NCBI GenBank assembly: GCA_002170315.2
Contig: NHFA02000025.1
Span: 7,084 to 71,083, forward strand
Origin: Euryarchaeota archaeon TMED99
Lineage (GTDB): Archaea; Thermoplasmatota; Poseidoniia; Poseidoniales; Poseidoniaceae
DNA length: 64,000 bases
Direction: 5' to 3'
Positions 46,645 through 54,700 of this stretch are shown here, piece after piece; the first letter of the stretch is position 1, and each line of letters opens with the position of its first letter. The notes beneath the pieces are model-generated. The model did no database searches. It saw only the letters and a program-made list of their open reading frames with translations, and was not told the origin of the DNA. The translations under genes were made by a program, and so were the position numbers.

Positions 46645-47607
46645 ATGAAACGAAAGGGAGAAGTACCCTCCATCGTTGGCCGAATCATGGATGTATTAAT
46701 CGTCGGTAGTGTTGCATACGACAGCGTAGTTTCTCCTCTCGGTCACGTTAAGGATGCTTTAGGTGGTTCTGCTACCTATGCTGGACTTGCATGTTCGTTT
46801 CATGCAAAGCGCCTTTCGCTTGAACAGATTGGGTTGGTTGGTGTGGTCGGTGAAGATTTTGCAGATGCTGACCGAACCCTTTTGGCCAACAGCGGTCTTG
46901 ACCTCCAAGGAATTGAAACCGCTAAAGGAGAAACATTCCGCTGGGCAGGCTCTTATCATGGTACGATGGCTGAAGCACAAACCCATGAAACGCATCTCAA
47001 CGTGTTTGAACACTTTGAGCCGAAGGTTCCTGAATCTCATCAAAACCCAAAAATTACCTTTTGCGCAAACCTTCATCCTCTACTTCAATCAAGTGTTCTT
47101 CACCAAGCAACACCCAATCGTCTCTCGATGCTTGATTCGATGAATTTGTGGATTGATATTGCTCGCGATTCACTGGTAGAAGTGATGCAAAAAGTCGACC
47201 TCGTCATCATTAATGACGGTGAAGTTCGAATGTTAGCGGATGATGAGAATTTGATTCGTGCTGCTCGAAAGGTAATCGAAATGATTGGTGTTCAAACTCT
47301 TGTCGTTAAACGGGGAGAACATGGAGTCATTGCTTTTCACGGCCCAGACATCATATCACTTCCTGCCTATCCAACAGAGAATGTAGTTGATCCGACAGGT
47401 TGCGGTGATACTTTTGCTGGTACCATCGCTGCACACTTGGCTTCAGGTAATGGAGAATTAACTCGAGATGAATTGCGTCATGCTCTCTTGTCTGCAACAG
47501 TCAGTGCGAGTTTCACACTCGAGTCTTTTGGAATACAAAGTTTGCATTCTATGACGCAAGAGATGTTTCAAAATCGTCTTGAAGCATTCAGTCATATGTT
47601 GAACTAA
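46645..47607 (+). CDS. PfkB-family sugar/nucleoside kinase
   Basis: It has a ribokinase-like fold with the C-terminal signature DPTGCGDTFAGTIAAHL and an N-terminal VLIVGSVAYD. Confidence 0.8.
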   Translation: MKRKGEVPSIVGRIMDVLIVGSVAYDSVVSPLGHVKDALGGSATYAGLACSFHAKRLSLEQIGLVGVVGEDFADADRTLLANSGLDLQGIETAKGETFRWAGSYHGTMAEAQTHETHLNVFEHFEPKVPESHQNPKITFCANLHPLLQSSVLHQATPNRLSMLDSMNLWIDIARDSLVEVMQKVDLVIINDGEVRMLADDENLIRAARKVIEMIGVQTLVVKRGEHGVIAFHGPDIISLPAYPTENVVDPTGCGDTFAGTIAAHLASGNGELTRDELRHALLSATVSASFTLESFGIQSLHSMTQEMFQNRLEAFSHMLN

Positions 47608-47609
47608 TG

Positions 47610-49289
47610 TTAGACATCGAGCCGGGGTAATCCTGCTTGACCTGCGTGTTCGGCGTGGTGAGTTTTACTGTCTTTGAGTTCTTCAAAAGAAACATCGTCA
47701 AGGTGGGGTGCCGGTTGTATCTCTTCTTGGATTTCTTCTTCAACAATTGTTTGTCGTTCAATCATATGAGCGAGCATAGGTTCAATTTGGTGGTCAGGTA
47801 ACTCTCCGCCACGGCTTTGTGCTAAATTTCGAATTGATTCAATTGCCTCTAATTGGTGTGTTTGAGCACTACGTTGTCGAAGTTCTTGGGTTGAAGTGGA
47901 ACCTAGAGTTTTGCTTGAGTTTGAACGTCGGACAAGTAAACGTGAAGCCAAACCTGTTGCACCTTCAAACATTTGTGCAGCCGCTGGAACAACCATCTCT
48001 CGAATTCGATTCCCTTGATTCCCCATTGAACGAGCCTTTGGTCGTAATCGTGAACCTCCACGATTGAGATCCTTTGGTCGCAAGCGACTGTTTCCGCTTT
48101 GAGCGCGTGATTTTCGTTCTGAAGGTATCTCAGGAAGAACAGGAGTTTCACGTCGCGCCTGTTCGATAAGAGACACAGTCTCTTCTTCGATAATGCCCGG
48201 TAGAATTGCATCGGGGGAACGGAATGCCTCCATATCAGCGTGTGTCTCCATCCCCTTTGTAGTGGCATGGAGGCCAGGAACATGAGCTCCATCCTTATTC
48301 ACGAAACTCGGAAGATATGAACGAGGTATTTGTGTTGGTAGAGGTGCTTGATATTCATGCGGCATGTCAATATTTGCTGCTTGAGCAATGTGCTGGTAAG
48401 AGGGGGTTGGCATCTGTTCTTGGTAAGCGGGTTGAGGTGCTTGTGGGTGAGCAAGGAATTGTTGTCGAGGTTCATTCACAGGTTGATGAGGCTGTGAAAG
48501 GGAGCCGCGTCGGTCATGAGCATTGGCAATTCCACGCTCTAGAAGACCATGACCCATTACGTGACGTTCGGGCAGTTGCACAGCCTCTTCGCCATGCATC
48601 CAATCCGCAACAGTGTTTTCAGTTTCATCAAAGTCGAGGTCTATGCCGTCATCAAATATGCTGCTTGAAAGAATCGAATCAGGTAGTTCTTGTTCGGGAA
48701 GTTCATTCTTGAGGAATGAAGAGATTGATGTTGGTGCATTCAGATGAACCGGCTCAACAGGAACTTCTTGGAGATTGAGTGAACTGGTTCGCGGAAATTC
48801 CATATCGCGTTGAAGGATGTCAAGTCCAATTCGAGCATCCTCGAGTGTCATGCCACTTTCAATTCTTTTTAGCAAAGTCGCTAATCGCATGAGAGAGGCA
48901 TCGTTACCTGTGATGGTATGACAGTCGCCAGCCTCTGTATCAAGGGTAAGCGTTGGTTTTCGAGTACCTATCCATCCAAGAATCATGACAAAACCCAAGA
49001 CTGCAGTCACAATTCGCATTGAATCGAGAATGAGTATGCGTTGAGCAACATAAATTAATCCGCCTCCGAACAACGCATATGCGAACGAAATCAGCCGAGT
49101 ATGATGGTGATGAACTCTCGTGATCTGCGACAAGCGTAAATCGAGCGTGTGACCTTTTCGAGTTTCAAGAGAAAGCATACGCTCATCAACTGAAGCACGG
49201 ACTTTACCCGAGCCTGCTAAGTGCAATGATTTGAAGACCTCATGATCTTCTGCACTTGCAGGACCTTCCTCCTGTTCAATAATGCGCAT
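47610..49289 (-). CDS. Hypothetical membrane protein with a long Pro/Gln-rich disordered C-terminal region
   Basis: The N-terminal soluble segment is followed by two TM helices (LISFAYALFGGGLIYVAQRILIL, IVTAVLGFVMILGWIG). After that come about 400 aa of low-complexity, P/Q/E-rich sequence. I recognise no motif. Confidence 0.5.
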   Translation of the reverse strand: MRIIEQEEGPASAEDHEVFKSLHLAGSGKVRASVDERMLSLETRKGHTLDLRLSQITRVHHHHTRLISFAYALFGGGLIYVAQRILILDSMRIVTAVLGFVMILGWIGTRKPTLTLDTEAGDCHTITGNDASLMRLATLLKRIESGMTLEDARIGLDILQRDMEFPRTSSLNLQEVPVEPVHLNAPTSISSFLKNELPEQELPDSILSSSIFDDGIDLDFDETENTVADWMHGEEAVQLPERHVMGHGLLERGIANAHDRRGSLSQPHQPVNEPRQQFLAHPQAPQPAYQEQMPTPSYQHIAQAANIDMPHEYQAPLPTQIPRSYLPSFVNKDGAHVPGLHATTKGMETHADMEAFRSPDAILPGIIEEETVSLIEQARRETPVLPEIPSERKSRAQSGNSRLRPKDLNRGGSRLRPKARSMGNQGNRIREMVVPAAAQMFEGATGLASRLLVRRSNSSKTLGSTSTQELRQRSAQTHQLEAIESIRNLAQSRGGELPDHQIEPMLAHMIERQTIVEEEIQEEIQPAPHLDDVSFEELKDSKTHHAEHAGQAGLPRLDV

Positions 49290-49384
49290 CCCAGCGCGCA
49301 AACCAACTGTGCTGGGTTATCAAACCACCGATTGTTCACAGTATTTTGACGGCGATATTCCACCTGTTTTTTCATCGCCGAACC

Positions 49385-50407
49385 TTATTCTATATGCGTG
49401 AGAATTGCATTACCCATTATGCGTGGTTTAGAATCTAATTGTGCGAGAAGTGTTGCTTCTGGATTTTCTCTTCGGATAAATAATGGAGATTCCCAATTGA
49501 CTTGCATTTCTTCGCCATCTATCGAGGCTATTCTCCCTACTACAAATTGCAGATCAACACTTGCATGAACAACATCTCCTTCGGCAAGTATTCTCTTTTG
49601 GAATGGAGAGCGGTTAAGTTTCATCGATGAGCGATGATGAGCAACAACTGCAAGCGGGATACTGGTATTGGTTTTCTTGTCTTCAACAGCAGGTCGAACC
49701 AAAAGTGTTCCACTTCCCAAATGCTCTTCCTTGGCATTTCTCAAAGCGAGTCCAACCCGGTCTCCGGCAACTGCAACGGGCACGTCATCATCCATGACTT
49801 GGAGAGACTTGGCATTTCCAGTTCCGTTTGCGGGGAGTAAGACGACATCATCATGCACTTTGACCGTTCCAGATTGGACATATCCAATAGCGACCAAACC
49901 AATCCCTTTGACATTGAAATACTGGTCAATAGGAAGGACAAGAGGTGCTTCAGCGCTGGCTGATAATTGTTCAGAGATATCATCCATGTGTTGATACAAT
50001 GTGTCGCGCAACTGTATGCCATCTGTTGAACCAAAAGTCCAATCTTTCAAGCCCGCTTGGTTGAACAACATTTTCACTTGCTCTTCATCGACCCATTCAC
50101 CTTGTGGGGGATTGATGACTGCAATTCCTTTCGTGAGATTTGCACTTGCGAAAGCAACCAGAGCCTCTCCTAAGGTTGCATTTACTTCTGTAATTTCCAT
50201 CAGGCCAATTCTAGCGGCAGAAAGGGCATTCAAAAATGGACGAAGGCGTTCAGGATATTTTGCTGGGCGAATGATGGAAAGTATACGGGGTCCATTTTGG
50301 CCAGGCTCTTTGTGGACATAGGTATGAACATCTCTTTGGTCCGTTGCTTTCGCAATCTCGCGAGCCAATTCATCTGAACCAATCATGGCAATATTGAGGA
50401 CAGGCAT
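49385..50407 (-). CDS. EF-Tu/SelB-like protein with a degenerate (non-canonical) G domain
   Basis: The EF-Tu domain II pattern is clear: LVLPIDQYFNVKGIGLVAIGYVQSGTVKVHDDVVLLP...AGDRVGLALRN. In the N-terminal domain IAMIGSDELAREIA replaces the GxxxxGK(S/T) P-loop, and there is no DxxG. ATG 50407 lies 6 nt after AGGTGGA. Confidence 0.6.
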   Translation of the reverse strand: MPVLNIAMIGSDELAREIAKATDQRDVHTYVHKEPGQNGPRILSIIRPAKYPERLRPFLNALSAARIGLMEITEVNATLGEALVAFASANLTKGIAVINPPQGEWVDEEQVKMLFNQAGLKDWTFGSTDGIQLRDTLYQHMDDISEQLSASAEAPLVLPIDQYFNVKGIGLVAIGYVQSGTVKVHDDVVLLPANGTGNAKSLQVMDDDVPVAVAGDRVGLALRNAKEEHLGSGTLLVRPAVEDKKTNTSIPLAVVAHHRSSMKLNRSPFQKRILAEGDVVHASVDLQFVVGRIASIDGEEMQVNWESPLFIRRENPEATLLAQLDSKPRIMGNAILTHIE

Positions 50408-50450
50408 GATTCTTCCACCTGAGTGGCCCACATCAATGTAGGGGTAGAAG

Positions 50451-50912
50451 TTACTTGTTCTTCATCGCAAGCATGTGTTCACGAATATCCTTGGCTCGTT
50501 CCCAATCAATTCTTTCTTCCTCTTCTTCAACAACGAATTGAGGAATGGGGATTGGTCGCATCATCGAATCGATGGCTACGAAGAAAAAGTATCCTTCACA
50601 AATTTTCTTTTTCTCCCATGTTGATTTATTCACTGCCAACGCTGTTACTTTCGAACAAGCAGTATGGCTGCTTGTAAAGACCACTTTACCCGATACTTCC
50701 AGCAAGTCGCCCTTTCGAGCAGGTGCAATAAAGGTCAATGTATCGATTGAAATTGTAACGAACTCACGGTGTGCAAATTTCGAACAAGAGATACCTCCAG
50801 CCTTGTCCATCAACGAAAGAAGCCGCCCTCCGAACAATGTGTCGTAGGTATTTGTATCTCCAGGAAAGACTTCTTCAATCAAGGTAGCAGGTTCTTTGGA
50901 ATAAGGTTCCAT
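50451..50912 (-). CDS. Acyl-CoA thioesterase (hotdog fold, YciA/ACOT-like)
   Basis: VFPGDTNTYDTLFGGRLLSLMDKAG...VTISIDTLTFIAPARKGDLLEVSGKV matches the acyl-CoA hydrolase hotdog pattern. Confidence 0.8.
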   Translation of the reverse strand: MEPYSKEPATLIEEVFPGDTNTYDTLFGGRLLSLMDKAGGISCSKFAHREFVTISIDTLTFIAPARKGDLLEVSGKVVFTSSHTACSKVTALAVNKSTWEKKKICEGYFFFVAIDSMMRPIPIPQFVVEEEEERIDWERAKDIREHMLAMKNK

Positions 50913-51002
50913 GTTTGTCCGGTAAGGTTCTCCCTCAAGAACTCATGTAGAGTTCTCACAGTGAGGAGGTGGTTTCTTGACCTTGAGGGATGAGCACCAA
51001 TC

Positions 51003-51674
51003 ATGGTCGAGGAAAAAGTGTGCATCGCTTTGGTCTCCGGCGGTATCGATTCACCTGTAGCTGTTGCTCGAATGCTGAAGCAAGGCTGGTTTATCCATCC
51101 TGTTCATTGTACTCAAGAACCGGTGACTGGTCCTGAAGCAGAGCAGAAAACCATTGCCTCACTGCGATTTTTACTCGATCTGAAAGGGTCTCTTGGTGAT
51201 GCAGCACGAGGCCAATTATCGCGGAAATTAACGGTAATTCCAGTTGCCGAACAATTGGCTTTGTTTACTGAAAAGTGGTGCCACACAGAATATTTCATTC
51301 ACATGAAGCGCTTGTATAGTTCCTTGGCAGATTTAGCCAGCGAGGAAGTTGGAGCCACGCATCTTCTCACAGGTGAAAATCTCGGTCAGGTTTCATCTCA
51401 AACACTTGGGAATCTCGGAGCGGTTGAAATGGTTACTTCAATGCAAATGTTGAGGCCGTTATTAGGTTTGGATAAAACTTCTATTATTCATATTGCTCAA
51501 GCATTGGGTACCTTAGAAACGAGTATCGGGCCAGAGGTCTGCGATGCTCTTGGACCATCCTTGCCAACGACAATAGCGAATTTAGAATGGCTTGAAAAAA
51601 GTGAAAACCGACTGGGTGGTTTAGAGCAAATCACACAAGATGCTTGGCATCAAAGACGAGTTGTTGAACTCTAA
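51003..51674 (+). CDS. ThiI-like PP-loop ATP pyrophosphatase (AANH domain only)
   Basis: The blocks are the PP-loop IALVSGGIDSPVAVARML, LLTGENLGQVSSQTLGNL and LRPLLGLDKTSIIHIAQALGT. The ferredoxin-like/THUMP N-terminal domains and the rhodanese domain are absent. Confidence 0.75.
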   Translation: MVEEKVCIALVSGGIDSPVAVARMLKQGWFIHPVHCTQEPVTGPEAEQKTIASLRFLLDLKGSLGDAARGQLSRKLTVIPVAEQLALFTEKWCHTEYFIHMKRLYSSLADLASEEVGATHLLTGENLGQVSSQTLGNLGAVEMVTSMQMLRPLLGLDKTSIIHIAQALGTLETSIGPEVCDALGPSLPTTIANLEWLEKSENRLGGLEQITQDAWHQRRVVEL

Positions 51675-51693
51675 ACTCTTGCTTTTTCTTAAA

Positions 51694-51710
51694 CCCCTCC
51701 GTAGGAGGGG
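51694..51710 (+). terminator. Perfect 7-bp GC-rich hairpin with a 3-nt loop between the thiI-like gene and the giant surface-protein gene
   Basis: The structure is CCCCTCC-GTA-GGAGGGG, preceded by a T5 tract (51683..51687) lying 9 nt after the thiI-like stop. It could be a terminator or a 5'-UTR element. Confidence 0.4.
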
Positions 51711-51776
51711 GTTCTTGGCCAAATGTCCGTTGCGATTATAGGTGAAGGAATCTTGGGAGTGAGGGTAGGTGAGCCC

Positions 51777-54700
51777 ATGACCCAAAACAACAGACAATTG
51801 AAAACCCCATTATTTCTCGTTTTCTTGATGGTATTAGCACCATTCGCAGCTGCTGCAAACGTGACTACATTTGGAAACGGAAACTCAACGACTGATATCG
51901 AATTGCGTGATGGTACTGCTTTTGTCGACGTTAATTCAGGAACGATTGACCTCCCTGCTTCTGAAACAGTGACCAGTGCTTCAATGGATATTTCCACCAG
52001 CATGGTCGAACACAGCGCTCATACCCGTGTCGATATCGAAACAATGCCACGTGTTTGGAATCCGATGTTTAACAACCAACTCACCAAATTTTCGAACGCT
52101 TCACATTTCATTTATGAAGAAGGCTCGAACGCCGTTCCGGTCAAGTTGAAGGCTGAAGGTTTCCTCACTGATTTTGAAGAAACTTCGGCAGGTTTCCTTG
52201 ACCATCGTGCTTTTGCACAAAATCAATTTGGATGGGATCACGGACCAATTGATGCGACCACTGTACCTCCGAACTCAAATATTCCAGACTGTTCAAGTGG
52301 CGACTATTGCTGGGGTACGGGATTGACTGATGATGATTATTCCAACGAATGGGCAGGACAAAATGGTATTACCTACCGCATGACTTCAGCTTCAATATTT
52401 GTTGATTCTTCATTGAAGAACCACATGGCTTTCTTCGACTCATGGCACGATCTTGACATGCAGACTGGCCAAGGAACAAACCCACCTGTTTACTACCGTG
52501 ACTGCGCATACATGGAGATACGCTCCTCATTCAATGATGATTTTGTTGACAATGACCCAGCGGGTTTTGCTCCTATTGACATTGACCTCTCCAATTCATC
52601 TGGTGTTGGTTATGGAAACGGATACTATGCTCGTGGAAGCGGTTCAACAGGTGCTGGACAAATTGATGCACGATGCCAAGGACTTGCTCAAGGCGATTAT
52701 GGTTTAGCAGGTTCATCTACTTCTGTTTCAAATCCAACAGGATGGGCAAATATCGCTATCGATTTGATTCAATATGTTGGCCAATATGTCCAATTCCGCT
52801 TTATCATGGAAGACAATAACATTGGTGGAACCGATGGTGGAAAAGCCGGTTGGTATATCGATAATTTCCGAGTTGGCGACCCGTTGCCTCAATCAGCAGA
52901 CATGTCAATCAATGGTTTCCTTCCTTCCGCTTCAAGTGGTGAGAACCAGCCCAATGGCTTTGGAATTGTCACTCTCGAATCTGAAACAACCAGTTCCGCT
53001 ACGATCTCAGTCGAAGTTCTTGATTCCGCAACCGGACAAGTCATTGTTGACCGTAACGGCAAAACCATGACCAATCTCCAAGGTAAAATCATTGAGTTGT
53101 GGGACATTAGTTCAACAGACCACCCTTCAATAGACTTCAAATTGACCTTTGATTCTGGGCCGAGCCGGCTCTCCTCTCCAGTGTTCCACGGATTTAGTAT
53201 AGGTACTCGGGTCGGAACAGGATTTAATCAAACAACTGGAATGATGATGGACATTGTTGACGGTGTATGGGAAACTCCAGGTAATGGTCAACCGATGATG
53301 TACACTCCTTTGGTCACTGATACAACCTATTCTCCGGTTCTCGAACGAAGTAATTTCGATCGCCCAATTACCCGAATCACGCCAATGATTCAGGACGACT
53401 GTTCTGAAGTCCCCGACCTCTCAATCATCGGATATGGCGGTGAAGGTTTGATCGAAATTGAGAGCGGAACTGAATATATTCTTCCTGAGCCTTTGTTTGG
53501 TTTTACCTCTCTCTTATCCTATCAAAATCCGTGTAATGTTGGTGGAATTTGGTTCGATTTGACGTTTGGCCATCACACAGAACACGTCCAACTCGACGTC
53601 GCTGCAGACGGTCAAGCTGATTGGGGCTTTGAAGAGCCAGCATTCGGAGGATTTGGCCGACAAACAACTTTCTTACAAAGCAAGATTGATGGAATTAACT
53701 ACGGTCAGGCTTCTTCTACTCTTACCATTGATAGCAGTGGTGTGGCAGAAGGTGCCATGTTTATGTTACCGAAGGGTGCAGAAGTAACCTCTGTTGATTT
53801 CGCACTTGACCAAGTTGGAATTCACTCGACCAGTGATCCTGTTGAAGGATTCGACCTTTCACTCTTGTCAGGTACTCAAGAGGTAATTCTTGGCTCAGTC
53901 GAAAACAGTACGCTTCTTTTCCCAGAATTACTTAGCGAATCGATGGATTTGAAAGACCCTCTCAATTCTCTTCTTTCAAACGCCTTGGTTCCTACCAGTC
54001 ATTACGATGCTTATGGAAATGAATGGCAAACGTTCAGAATGAAGGCGACTTCATCAAACGCCTCTACTGGCGCTCAAATGGTCGTTCGCGACCTCGATAT
54101 CGTGTACAACTATACCAACTCGCTCGGTAGCAGCGATGGATTGGACCGTGAACTCAACAAGGGTATTGCATTGTGGGATGGCGGTTCAACTGCAGAAGTT
54201 AAAATGAAGATATCTGGCTCTCTTGGAGGCGGAGTTCATCTTTCGAATCTCCAAGTGTCCACTTCAAGTGGATATGATAACTCGATTAGTTTGGTCGGAA
54301 ATCCAATTGGATTGTATCCAAACGGTGGAATCTATGAAATTGTCACCACTCATGCTGTTAGTTCGCTTACTGGAGCAAGTTTGTCAGAAGCAACATTGAC
54401 TTTTGAATCGAAGACTGGAGATGTGGTGCTCAGCTCTATCGGAGGCCTCTTCTCTGAATCCTCAGATCCTTTGGACCTCATTTCGCTTGAATCATCAAGC
54501 GTTTCACCTATCAGCGATGGAGAGCAAATCACATGGCGCTTTATTGTCAACTCAAACTGGGAAGATACCGATGAAGTACGTATCTATTCCGGATTAATTG
54601 CATCCAATGGCGTCAATGGTCTACCCGATGCAACTCTTCTTGCACCTGCTGGTGGTAATGCTGTAGAAAACGATGCAGTCATCACATCGTTCCAAGTACT

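Noticed and set aside
51723-51776. An 18-codon extension of the 1972-aa surface-protein gene (listed start 51723).
   Set aside because: The signal peptide begins at the Met of MTQNNRQLK (51777), which has its own AGGTGAG SD. The extension would bury the signal peptide.
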